From the NCBI GenBank assembly GCA_038087875.1, contig CM075992.1, forward strand, positions 2,978,001-3,042,000: DNA of 64,000 nucleotides. The letters run 5' to 3'. Source of the stretch: Malacoraja senta (Eukaryota). A program made the translations under genes and the position numbers. Below the pieces are notes generated by a model. That model was not told the DNA's origin and ran no database searches. It worked only from the letters and a program-made list of their open reading frames with translations. This document shows, piece after piece, positions 39,093-51,390 of this stretch (its first letter is position 1; each line of letters starts with the position of its first letter).

Positions 39093-39933
39093 GTTCCGGA
39101 AGTGGCGGCGCTGTTCAACAGCAGCGGCTCGCCTGCAGTCCGTCTGTTTTTACTTTTTTGTTGTTTTCTTTTGTCCTGTTTTAGTTAAATTTTAGTTTAT
39201 TGGGTTGTGTATGTGTGGGGTGGGGGGGTGAAACATGACTTTTGTCTCTTCCTTCGGGGGAATGCGACTTTTTCTTGTCGTATCCCCCTTCTCTGCCTCC
39301 GTCTGCGCTGAGGCCAAAATGGCGGAGCTGCCAGCCTCCAACTCCAACTGCGAGCGACCGACCGACCTCGAGGCTCCGGAGGCAGAGCCAGGACTTACCA
39401 GCGCGGGGCTGGCAAACTTCGGGGCTGCGGTGGCGTTCCGGCGGTGGCGACCAAAGACACTGGTGGCGACCTGAGTCCGGAGGCTCGGCCGCGGGCCCAG
39501 TGGACGACATCTTCGGGAGCGCGCAGGTCACAGGTTGGTGACCTGTTTTTCTGGGGCTCCCGCAACTACAGCTGCGTCCGCTGGACTGGAGGGCGGCAGC
39601 TTCGGCAGCTTCGGCCAACCCGGGCCGCGGAGTTTGAACCGGCCCGTCGCGGACGGAGCACGGATTCAGCCGCGGGACTGACTTACCATCACCCGGCGGG
39701 GTCACAACATCAGAAGCCTGGATCGCCTCAGCGCAGAGGGAGAACAAAGCGGGAAGAGACAGAGACTTTAAGACTTTTGCCTCCATCACAGTGAGGAGGT
39801 GCCTGGTGAACTCACTGTGGTGGATGTTAATTTGTGTTTATTGTGTGTTTTGTTATTTATTATTATATGTATGACTGCAGGCAACGAAATTTCGTTCAGA
39901 CCGAAAGGTCTGAATGACAAATAAAGGAATCTC
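39093..39933 (+). mobile_element. ~0.84 kb GC-rich non-autonomous retroelement with Rex1-like tail, nested in a V-SINE
   Basis: Splits the SINE at 38980-40145; 3' end aatttcgttcagaccgaaaggtctgaatgacaaataaagg. Confidence 0.65.
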
Positions 39934-41446
39934 TAACCACATGACTTTTCTCCGGGTGCTCCACACTCCAAAGATGCACAGGTTTGAAGTTTAATTGGCA
40001 TTGGTAAAAATTATATATTGTTCCTAATGTGCAGGATAGTGCTAGTGTATGGGGGGATCGCTGGTCGGTGCGAACTCAGTGGGCCGAAGGGCCTGTTCCC
40101 GCACTGTATCTCTAAATTAAACTTAGATTAAACTAAATTAAATTAAACTTAGTCGGCAGCCCCTGCTATCGATAAATCAATTAATCTATTTTTCTCTCCA
40201 GCCCTCAGAATGCGAAAATCAAGAAAGATGCTCGGAAAAAACAAGTGGACTGGTGCTAACTGGAGCATACTCTGAAGGGCTCACGTTGATATCAACTCAC
40301 TGTACACATCAGGGCGGTGACAGGCAGACGGAATGAGACACTGAAACCATCCATTCAGGGGAAGAAAAAGAGAGTCAACAGAGGTAATATTTATCGCAAT
40401 GACGGGGTGCGGACTCATCGCAAAAAGGCTGCATACATTTCCTGTTGCTGATTTCCACATTGTGATGTTGCCATAGCTCCAGCATCAAGGCGACTGACAC
40501 AAACACAATGCAAATACACAGCTTGGCAGCCTGTCCTCTCGTCTATTGACGGCCAAACCTGCCGATCATGGCTATTGCTTCAAGGCAAGATTCATGCCTT
40601 TCCACCGAAAAATAGACAGATTGCAAATCTATTTTTCTTTCCCCACACAACTTGGAAGTGTCGGATCCAACGAGTGTAGACATCAGTCTGAAGAAGGGCC
40701 TCGACACGAAACGTCACCCATTCCTTCTCTCCAGAGATGCTGCCTGTCCTGCTGAGTTTACTCCAGCTTTTTGTGTCTATCTTTAGTGTATACATTGGTG
40801 GGCAATTCTCGAATAAATGGGCACTATTTGTGGGGCTGGCGGGTCCCACTCACTGGCTCAGCTCACTTCAGTTCAGTTTAGTTCATTGTCACATGTACCT
40901 CAGTACAGTGAAAAGCTTTTCTTGGGTGCTATCCCGTCAGCAGAAACTCGACCCGAAATGTCCCCCATTCCTTTATTGCTTCAAGGCAAGATTCATGCAT
41001 TTCCACCGAAAAATAGACAGATTGCAAATCTATTTTTCCCAATTTTCTTTCCCCACACAACTTGGAAGTGACGGATCCAACGAGTGTAGACATCAGTCTG
41101 AAGAAGGGTCTCGACACGAAACGTCACCCATTCCTTCTCTCCAGAGATGTTGCCTGTCCCGCTTTCCCCTTCTCATCTTATAGCTCTTTAGTGTTGGAGA
41201 ATTCCATCCTTGGAAAAGGTTCTGATTGTCTACCTTATCTATGCCTCTCATAATGTTATATACTCCTATCAGTTCTCACCTATAAAAATAATTTTATTTC
41301 CCAAATTACTTACAGATACCTATGTTGTGTGGCATGGGACTACATGGCAAATATAGTCATTGCAATTAAATATATTTTCTCGGCCTGCATCCATTTTGAT
41401 TTGTGTTATGAAGTTAATCACAAAGAATTAAATTACTGATGGGTGC

Positions 41447-41852
41447 TGTAGTTAATTAGAGTTAGGGTTAGGGTTAATTGCTGTAGGAACCATTTATGTT
41501 TAGGCTAGCTACTGTTGGCACATTATATTATTTTTGTCTAGATATATCTTGCAGTATTATGTTGGACACTTGGGGGGCGATCATTAGTTAAACAGAGTGG
41601 CGTATATAAATATGGGCCTAGTGGACAGGGAGTGGCAGACCAGGCACAGGGGTGGAGGGTATACAGTTCTCACCAGACCGGGGAGAACAGCTAGCTACAG
41701 CTTGTATGAAGAATAAGGAAATATGCATACAAGTTGTAGCTAGCTGTTCATCTCTTTGTTTGTACAACTACTTCAATACACAACCAATTAAACTGGAAAT
41801 AACGACTGGAAAATCTGGTCTACTAGGTCTGCGTAAGATCACCCCGACTTAC
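41447..41852 (+). mobile_element. Possible solo LTR-like element
   Basis: TG start, TATA-like tatataaa ~41603, ATTAAA ~41787, long internal hairpin; no clean CA end or TSD. Confidence 0.25.
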
Positions 41853-43814
41853 CTGTGTAGTCATGGCAACAGAAAATTGGACACTGGAAGAGTCGGAAAT
41901 TTGCCATTACAATTACTTTGTGCATTATTAAACAAATATAATTAAACTCTAACCAATGCCACATTGTGCAATGTGGAATAAGACCTTAGGAACATGAGTT
42001 TGCCAGTGATCTCCAAGGTTCATCCAACCAGTCAACAGTCTTGGCATTGCTGTGTCCTAATTCCATAGAGTGTTTAGCACAGATTGAAAATTGATTAGCA
42101 GACATGAACTAGAAAAGGAATAAATGGTCCTGTTTGGAACATGATAACCCAACTAGGAACACAGAGAGAAGGAGGGTCTCGGCCCGAAACGTCACCCATT
42201 CCTTCTCTCCAGAGATGCTGCCTGTCCCGCTGAGTTACTCCAGCATTTTGTGTCTATCTTCGGTTTAAACCAGCATCTGCAGTTCTTTCCTACAACAGAG
42301 ATTGTGCTTGCCCCCAGATTATTCAGAATATTCATCAATAATAATGTGAATGACATTTAACAAAATGGTTTTTTTTTAAACGCAATGTTCTGGATTAACT
42401 CAACGGCTCAGGAAGCATCTTGAGAAGACATGGCTAGGCAACGGTTTGGGTCGGGACCCTTCTTCAGACTGATGGTCTTTATTATAATGAGCCTGAAGAA
42501 GGCTCCTGATCTAAAACGTTGCCTATCCATGTCTTCCAGAGTTGCTGGGAAAAAAACTGAATGAATATATCAAGTGAAAGACTCATTTGAATGAAGGTTC
42601 TTCGATCTAAAACAAGTTTCTCTCATGATATATAATATAAACCTGAGTAACTCAGCGGGACAGGCAGAATCTCTGGGGAGAAGGAATGGGTGACCTTCTT
42701 TTAGGAAGGAGATGAGGGGAGATTTCTTTAGTCAGAGGGTGGTGAATCTGTGGAATTCTTTGCCACAGAAGGCTATGGAGGCCAAGTCAGTGAGTAATTT
42801 TAAGGCAGAGATAGATAGATTTTTGATTAGTACGGGTGTCAGATGTTATGGGGAGAAGGCATGAGAATGGAGATAGGAGGGAGAGATAGATCAGCCATGA
42901 TTGAATGGCGGAGTAGACTTGATGGGCCGAATGACCTAATTCTACTGCTATCACATGACTTTATGACCTGTATTTTGTGTCCATCTTCGGTGTAAACCAG
43001 CACCTGCAGTTGCTTCCTGCAAGTTTCTCTCATGCTTTGAGCTGAAACATTCACTCTGTTTCTCCCGCCACAGTTGCTGCCTGGCCTACTGGGTATTTCC
43101 AACTCTTTCCAAGTTTAATGTGAAAATTGCAGAGAAAATGATTAATTTATCCACAGTCCCAGAAATAGTGCGCCAATGAGTCAGCAATGCAAAAATAATC
43201 AAAAGCTGACAGTCGATGAGGAGAAAGAGGAGCCCCTTAGGATAGACTTTTCTCTTTGGGGTTGCAATCTTTTTATTTACTTCCCTCCGGGGAGCTATGA
43301 ATTGCAGATACTAATTTCGCTCCTAGGTGGGTGGAAGTATTTGATTGCTGCCTTGAAGCTTGTTTGACTATATGCTCATTATATTTTACACTTCTCACTG
43401 TAAATCTCCTCCAAAGACAATTAAACATTTGCATTGCTAAAGAAAATCAACTTCTTTTTTGAGAGGATTATTATTGCTTGTGCTGCAAGGTTTAATCTAT
43501 TTGTCTTTGGCTCCTTTTTACTGCTGCTGTTATAATTGCATAGATTTGGAGAAGGGGGGGGGGGAGGGGGTTGCCTCTTGGATTAATGACACAATGCATG
43601 GAGTATGGCAGTTACGTGCTCTAAACGTGTGTCCATAATGCCTGCCTTGCACAATGAATACTAATCAGGTTGAGCTGTTGAATTTCATCGGGAGTTTGGC
43701 AGGAACAGCAAGCTGAGCATTTACGTACCCAGAAAATAGCCAGCTGTGTGTTGGGATGGTCTGGCCTTTGTTCAAGTGGTCTAGTAGGAGATGCTGGGGG
43801 CAAGGATGTGGATA

Positions 43815-44145
43815 TAAGGTTGGGGAAGTCCAGAATCAGGGCTCACAGTTTAAGAATAAGGGGGAGGCCATTTAGGACTAAGATGAAGAAAAACTTTTTC
43901 GCCCAGAGAGTTGTGAACCCGAGGAATTCTCTGCCAGTGGAGGCCAATTCACTGAATGTTTTCAAGAGAGAGTTAGATTTAGCTCTTAGGGCTAATGGAA
44001 TCAAGGGATATAGGGAGAAAGCAGGAATGGGGTACTGATTTTAGACGATCAGCCATGATCATATTGAATGGCGGTGCTGGCTCAAAGGGCCAAAGGGCCG
44101 AATGGTCTACTTCTGCACCTATTTTCTATGTTTCTACGTTTCTAT
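43815..44145 (+). mobile_element. CR1 LINE 3' end
   Basis: LGKSRIRAHSLRIRGRPFRTKMKKNFFAQRVVN peptide and TTTCTATG tail. Confidence 0.88.
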
Positions 44146-44847
44146 TCCAGAACCACTACTTGGACCCGGGTTCGACCCTGACTATGGGTGCTGTCTGTAC
44201 AGAGTTTTTACGTTCTCCTCGTGGCCGCGTGGGTTTTCTCCAGGTGCTCCAGTTTCCTCCCGCACTCCAAAGGAGTGCAGGTTTGTGGGTTAGTTGACTG
44301 TGGGCTGAAGGACTTGTTTCCGTGCTGTATCTCTAAACTAAAACTAATGAAAAACCACTCGGGGCAAAGACCAAAGTCAGGAAGGGGAACATCAGGGAGA
44401 TTTTATTCTTCGATGATGTTCCCCTTATAAAGATCAACTGCAAGAAGATACAGGTTGCATTTCAAGATCATGACAAGTATTTTCTCTCACCATCAGCATA
44501 AAGGAAGCAGCAGAGCAGGCGGGTCTATTAATCACTTTTAATGAGAACCATTTGAATAGTTCAAAAGTTCAGGTAACTCAGTTGTATGGTGATCATCACG
44601 TACTCAGTGTTCACGTCAGAAAAGTGACAGAGTGATGCATATGGTAGAGACACTGCCTCTCAGCACGCGCGACCTGGGTTCAATCCTGACCTTGGGTGCC
44701 CTCTGTGTGGAATTTCCCGGTGACCTCCTAAGTTTCCTCCGGGTGCTCCGGTTTCCTTCCATATCCCAAAGACATGCGGGTTTATAGTAAATTGTCCCCC
44801 AGTGTGCAGGGAGTGGATGTGGAAAGTGGGACAACATAGAAAAAGTA

Positions 44848-45162
44848 TGGTAGACAAAAGTGCTGGAGAAACTCCGCGGGTCTGGCAGCATCTATGGAGC
44901 GAAGGAAATAGGCAACGTTTTGGGCCGAAACCCTTCTTCAGACCAAAGATACTCTCCTTCTCAGCTCTCCCCTCAGGCCTCTGGCTCCTCCTCTTCCTTT
45001 CTTCTTACCGCCCCCCCCCCCCCACCCTACATCAGTCTGAAGAAGGGTTTCGGCCTGATACGTTGCCTATTTCCTTCGCTCCATAGATGCTGCTGCACCC
45101 GCTGAGTTCCTCCAGCACTTTTGTCTACCTTCGATTTTCCAGCATCTGCAGTTCCTTCTTGA
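44848..45162. mobile_element. Inverted Penelope terminal-repeat pair nested in a SINE
   Basis: Minus copy 44850-44943, plus copy 44955-45160; flanking duplication aacatagaaaaagtatg (44833-44849 and 45162-45178). Confidence 0.75.
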
Positions 45163-46726
45163 ACATAGAAAAAGTATGAAGGTGCGATCGACGGTAGGCG
45201 TGGACTAGGCGGGCCGAGGGACCTGTATCCATGCCGTGTCTTTTAAAAGACGGGTCCGTGGCGTGGTGGGGGTCAGGAGAGATTGAATGCTAATGGAGGT
45301 GGGTGCAGAGTGAATGAGGCTGAGAAGAAGGCAAGTACCATAACAGAAGATGCTCTGGAGGAGAAGCAGAACCAACACCTGAAATTGGTTTGAAGACATG
45401 AGGAACTGCAGATGCTGGAATCTTAAGGAAAGCACTTAAGGAACTTAAGGAAAGCTAGGGGAACTCAGCAGGTCAGGCAGCATCTGGGGAGGGAAGGAAC
45501 AGGTGACATTTTGTGTCGGGACAATTCTTCGGGCTGAAATTGTTGAAGCTGGTTAAGCTTTTCGGGATGTGGTTCTTGCCCCTAAGTGCAGCATATTGTT
45601 CATTACTAAATTATCCGTGAGAAGATAGTGGTAAGCCACTTTAAGAGGCCACAGTGTTTCTGTTGAGGCTGCTGCCAAGGTCTTCCAGAGTCCATAGATC
45701 ATAAGACATAGGTGCGGAATTAGGCTATTTGGCCCATTAAGTCTCCTCCACCATTTGTAAATTTGTGGAATTCTCTGCCACAGAAGGCAGTGGAGGCCAA
45801 TTCACTGGATGAATTTAAAAGAGAGTTAGGTAGAGCTCTAGGGGCTAGCGGAATCAAAGGGTATGGGGAGAAGGCAGGCATGGGTTACTGATTGTGGATG
45901 ATCAGCCATGATCACAATGAATGGCTGTGCTGGCTCGAAGGGCCAAATGGCCTCCTCCTGCTATTTTTTTATGTTTCTACATTTCTATGTTATTCATGGC
46001 TGTTCTATTTTTCCCTCTCAACCCCATTCTCCTGCCTTCTCCCCACTACCTTTACACCCTTACTAATTAAGAACCTAGCAATTTTCACTTTAAAAATGCC
46101 CAAGCCTTCCGTGGCAATGAATTCCACAGATTCACCACCCTCTGGCTAAAGAAACTCCTCCTCATCTCCATGTCACTTTGAAACAAGAGAATAAATCATC
46201 AGCTTTTCCACTTCCTCATGAGAAATTCTTCCCCATCTCCATTCTAAAGGTACATCCTTGTATTCTGAGGCTGTGCCCTCTGCTCCTGGACTCTCCCACT
46301 ACTGGAAACATCCTCTCTGCATCCACTCTACCTAGGTCCTTTCATTATCCGGTAAGTTTCATTGTGATCACCCATACATCCTTCTAAACTCCAGTGGGTA
46401 CATACCCAGAGCCGCCAAGTGCGCCTCACGAGTGTTATTTCGTTTTTTTAATTTTTAGTTTTAGAGATACAGCGCGGGAAACAGGCCCTTCGGCCCACCG
46501 GGTCCGCGCCGACCAGCGATCCCCGCACATTAACACTATCCTACACACACTAGGGACAATTTTTACCATACACCAAGCCAATTAACCTACAAACCTGTAC
46601 GTCTTTGGAGTGTGGGAGGAAACCGGAGATCTTGAAGAAAACCCACGGGGAGAATGTACAAACTCCGTACGGACAGCACCCGTAGTCAGGATCGAACCGG
46701 GGTCTCTGGCGCTGCATTCGCTGTAA

Positions 46727-47024
46727 AGGGCATGTCCCACGAGCATGCGACTGCATGCGGCAAGCGCGACCTAACCGGAAGCGGGGGCCGCGAGGAGGTC
46801 GCACGGAGGTCGAGTGATCCCCGTACTGGGCCGGTCCCACCAGCATGCGACTGCATGCGGCGAGCGCGACCAAACCGGAAGCGGGGGCCGCGCGGAGGTC
46901 GAGTGATTGACGTGAAGTTCGAGCGAAGGCCGCGGGAAGTTCGCGCGTGACATACAGCGTCGAGATGCTGCGTACGCCGTTGAGGCGGCTGCGGGCCGGT
47001 AGGCCGTCGCCGCGCGGGATTTTT
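46727..47024. mobile_element. Harbinger-like MITE left arm running into the assembly gap
   Basis: taa|agggcatgtcccac terminus resembling the TIRs at 36897 and 49803; internal ~59 bp duplication (46743-46801 and 46843-46901). Confidence 0.55.
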
Positions 47025-47224
47025 NNNNNNNNNNNNNNNNNNNNNNNNNNNNNNNNNNNNNNNNNNNNNNNNNNNNNNNNNNNNNNNNNNNNNNNNNNNN
47101 NNNNNNNNNNNNNNNNNNNNNNNNNNNNNNNNNNNNNNNNNNNNNNNNNNNNNNNNNNNNNNNNNNNNNNNNNNNNNNNNNNNNNNNNNNNNNNNNNNNN
47201 NNNNNNNNNNNNNNNNNNNNNNNN
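47025..47224. other. Assembly gap (200 N)
   Basis: Run of n. Confidence 1.
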
Positions 47225-47474
47225 TCAGTCCTTGCCTCCAGAGCGGGGTGCAGGAACTGCTGCAATAAAGAAGATGCAAATATAAACACAGTGAATGGCC
47301 ATCAGAGGCTGGGGCTTGAGGACAGTACGTTTATTGGCCAAGTATTCACATACAAGGAATTTGCCTTGGTGCTCCGCCCACAAGTAACAACATGACATAC
47401 AGTGACAGTTACGAATGACTCAGAAAACACTAAACATTAATAATAATAAAACATTCATGATAAAACACAAGGGT

Positions 47475-47985
47475 GATACAGCGTGGAAACCGGCCCTTCG
47501 ACCCAACTTGCCCAAACTGGCCAACATGTCCCATCTACACTAGTCCCAACTGCCCACGTTAGGCCCATATCCCTCCAAACCTGTCCTATCCATGTACCTG
47601 TCTAAATGTTTCTTCAAAGTTGCCTCAACTATCTCCTCCGGCAGCTCGTTCCATTCACCCACCATTCACTCACCTACCTGTCTAACTGTTTCTTCAACGT
47701 TGCCTCAACTATCTCCTCTGGCAGCTCGTTCCATTCACCCAGCATTCACTCACCTACCTGTCTAACTGTTTCTTAAACGTTGGGATAGTCCCAGCCTCAA
47801 CTACCTCCTCCGGCAGCTTGTTCCATACACCCACCACCCTTTGTGTGAAAAGGTTACCCCTCAGATTCCTATTAAATCTTTTCCCCTTCACCTTGAACCT
47901 ACGACCTCTGGTCCTCGATTCCCCTACTCTGGGCAAGAGACTCTGTGCAACTACCCGATCCATTCCTCTCATGATATTATACACA
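47475..47985 (-). mobile_element. CR1 LINE 3' fragment with ~80 bp internal tandem duplication
   Basis: ORF 47754-47984 (RVGESRTRGRRFKVKGKRFNRNLRGNLFTQRVVGVWNKLPEEVVEA); tacctgtctaa..attcactcacc repeated at ~47595 and ~47675. Confidence 0.85.
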
Positions 47986-49802
47986 AAGTTATACGTGATT
48001 ATACATCCCAGAGCAACACAGTGGGCAGTCCGCCAAGTATGTAGCCCAGTCCATCACACAGACCAGACTCCCCACCACCCTACACTTCAAGCTGTGTCGC
48101 GAAAGCAGCCAACATAATCAAACACCCACTTCCCCGCTCCCATTGGACTGAAGATACGTAAAGCCTGAACCACCAGACTCATGGAGAAATAGCAGAGTCA
48201 GGGGATATGGGGAGAAGGCAGGAACGGGGTACTGATTGGGAATGATCAGCCATGATCACATTGAATGGCGGTGCTGGCTCGAAGGACCGAATGGCCTACT
48301 CCTGCACCTATTGTCTATTGTCTATTGAGACATTTTGCTGTGATTGTACCAGACTTTGCTGAGACCACACTTGAAGAATTGATTCAGTTTAGTTTAGTTT
48401 AGAGATACAGCATGGAAACAGGCCCTTCGGCCCACCGGGTCCGTGCCGACCAGCGATCCCCGCACTATCCTACACACACACTGGGGACAATTTTCACATT
48501 CACCAAACCAATTAGCCTACATACCTGTACGTCTTTGGAATGTGGGAGGAAACCGAAGATAGACAATAGGTGCAAGAGTAGGCCATTCGGCCCTTCGAGC
48601 CAGCCGCGCCATTCAATGTGATCATGGCTGATCATCCCCAATCAGTACCCCGTTCCTGCCTTCTCCCCATATCCCCTGACTCCTCTATTTTTAAGAGCCC
48701 TATCTAGCTCTCTCTTGAAAGTATCCAGAGAACCGGCCTCCACCGCCCTCTGAGGCAGAGATCTCGGAGAAAACCCAAGCAGGTCTCGGGGAGAACGTAC
48801 AAACTCCGTACAGACAGCACCCGTAGTCGGGATCGAACCCGGGTCTCCGGCGCTGCATTTGCTGTCAGGCAGCAACTCTACCGCTGCGCCACCGTGACTG
48901 CCCTTAGTTATGGTCCCCTTACTTAAAGGATATACGTGTGTTTGATAGGGCATAGAAGGGTGACGTTACCAGAAATGATTAGTTGGCACTCTATGGAGTT
49001 TGGAAGATTGAGCGGTGATCTTAAATCTGGTGACCACTAACAAGAATTGTGGATGCTGCACAGGGTAAATGCTGAGAGGGCATTTGCTTTGGTGGGCAAC
49101 AGGTAACCAGTGTATTCTCAGAGTGAGGGGATGTCAATTTAACATGGAGATGAGGGAGGTCGCACAGTGACACAGTGGGGTGACAAAGTGGCGCAACGGT
49201 AGAGTTGCTGCCTTACAGCGCCAGAGAACCAGATTCGATGCTGACTGCGGGCGCTGTCTGTATGGAGTTTGCATGGTCTCCCTGTGACCGCGTGGGTTTT
49301 CTCCGAGATCTCTGCCTTAGGCTGGTTCTCTGGATACTTTCAAGAGAGAGCTAGATAGGGCTCTTAAAGATAGCGGAGTCAGGGGATATGTTGAGAAGGC
49401 AGGAACGGGGTACTGATTGGGGATGATCAGCCATGATCACATTGAATGGCGGTGCTGGCTCGAAGGGCCGAATGGCCTTCTCCTGCACCTGTTGTCTATC
49501 TTCGGTTTCCTCCCACACTCCAAAGACGTGCAGATTTGTAGGTTAATTGGGTTCTGTAAATAGCCCCTAGTGTGTAGGATAGAACTAGTGTATGGGTGAT
49601 CGATGGTACACAAAAATGCTGGAGAAACTCAGCGGGTGCAGCAGCATCTATGGAGCGAAGGAAATAGGTAACGTTTCGGGCCGAAACCCTTCTTCAGACA
49701 GATCGATGGTCGGTGTGGACTTGGTGGGCCAAATGGCCTGGTTCTATTCTGTATCTCTAAACAAAACAAATCTAATTTGAGGTAACAATTCAGTCCCTTT
49801 AA

Positions 49803-50036
49803 GGGCCTGTCCCACTTGGCGATTTTTTCGGCGACTGCCGGCATCATTGACTAACGTATCAGGTCACCGGAAAATTCACGGCGGGACGTGGCGTGATGAC
49901 GTATTGACGCAAGGTGTTTTTTCAAGTGTCGCAACATTTTTTTTGTCGCCGCTGGATTTTGAAATGTTCAAAATCTTTTGGCGACACTGATATGACTCCG
50001 GCAGTCACCGAAAAAATCGCCAAGTGGGACAGGCTG
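49803..50036. mobile_element. Complete PIF/Harbinger-like MITE (~234 bp)
   Basis: 37-bp TIRs gcctgtcccacttggcgattttttcggcgactgccgg (49805-49841 and 49998-50034, one mismatch); TAA on both flanks. Confidence 0.85.
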
Positions 50037-50169
50037 TAAACAGTTGGAATATATTTTTGTGCTGGGATCGCCATGGTTCAAATTTGCCTCACTTCATTTT
50101 CTTGGTCTTGTGCTGCCATCTTGTGGGTTTTGTAGAACACTACACTGATTGTGATTGTTAACAGAAATA

Positions 50170-50500
50170 GCTAGATCGGGTAGATGTACAGAGTCTCTGG
50201 CCCAGAGTAGGTGAATCGAGGACCAGAGGACAGAGGTTTAAGGTGAAGGGGCAAAGATTTAATAGGAATCTGAGGGGTAACTTTTTCACACAAAGGGTGG
50301 TGGGTGTATGGAACGAGCTGCCGGAGGAGGTAGTTGAGGCAGGGACTATCCCAACGTTTAAGAAGCAGTTAGACAGGTACATGGATAGGACAGGTTTGGA
50401 GGAATATGGACCAAACGCGGGCAGGTGGGACTAGTGTAGCTGGGACATGTTGGCCTCTGTGGGCAAGTTGGGCCTGTTTCCGCGCTGTATGACTCTATGA
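50170..50500 (+). mobile_element. CR1 LINE 3' fragment
   Basis: KGQRFNRNLRGNFFTQRVVGVWNELPEEVVEAGTI peptide; tatgactc tail. Confidence 0.88.
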
Positions 50501-51119
50501 CCAGGTGGTGGTGGTGGAATTACACATGATAGGGGCATTTAGAGGGTTTCAGAGAGGTGGGTGGATATGCAGGGAGTGGAGGGATATGGATCACGTGCAG
50601 GCAGAGGAGATTAGTTTAACGTGGCATCACGTACAACATGGATAATGTGGGCCGAAGGGCCTGTTCTTGTGCGGTGCTGTTCTATGTTCCAAGTAAGGAT
50701 GGCGGATGGAGCAGTGGTCGGCTCCTCCTGCAGGATGTGGGAAGTCAAGGGGAACGTCCAATGTTGCCGAGGACTACACTTGTGGGAAACTCCAGCTGTA
50801 GTTTAGTTTAGATTGGAGATACAGCGCAGAAACAGCAGCCCTTCGGCCCACCACACCGATCAGCGACCCCCGCACATTAACACCATCTTACACACGCTAG
50901 GGACTATTTACATTTATTCAAAGCCAATTAACCTACAAGCCTGTACATCGTTGGAGTGCGGGAGGAAACCGAAGATCTCGGAGAAAACCCACGCAGGTCA
51001 CAGGGAGAAGGTACAAACTCCATACAGACAGCGCCCGCAGTCAGGATCGAACCTGGGTCTCTGGTGCTGTAAGGCAGCAACTCTACCGCTGTGCCACCGT
51101 ACCACCCTAGCTCCTGCCT

Positions 51120-51390
51120 GAGGGCGTGAGGGAACTGAAGCTGTCGCTGTAGCTGAAGCTCAGCTCCGGGAGACGGAGAGTGCCATGGATAGGAGTTACA
51201 GTGAGGTGTACACATCCAAGGTGCAGGCAGAAAGTAGATGGGTGACCTCCAGAAGTAGATGGGTGACCTCCAGAAGTAGATGGGTGACCTCCAGAAGTAG
51301 ATGGGTGACCTCCAGGTTAAGGGAGTCGGTAGAACGTGGAGGAATCCCCTGTGGCCATCCCCTTCGAAAACACATATACCCTTTTGAAGA
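51120..51390 (+). mobile_element. CR1 ORF1 remnant containing a 4 x 21 bp tandem repeat (51232-51315)
   Basis: DRSYSEV.T.KVQAESRWVT peptide resembling elasmobranch CR1 ORF1; unit aagtagatgggtgacctccag. Confidence 0.6.

Noticed and set aside
39181..39794. 202-aa and related ORFs
   Set aside because: Lie inside a GC-rich repeat nested in a SINE; no domain motifs
41460..41476. Telomeric TTAGGG repeats
   Set aside because: Only two units; not an interstitial telomere array
46686..47289. ORFs spanning X runs
   Set aside because: Artefact of the 200-N gap
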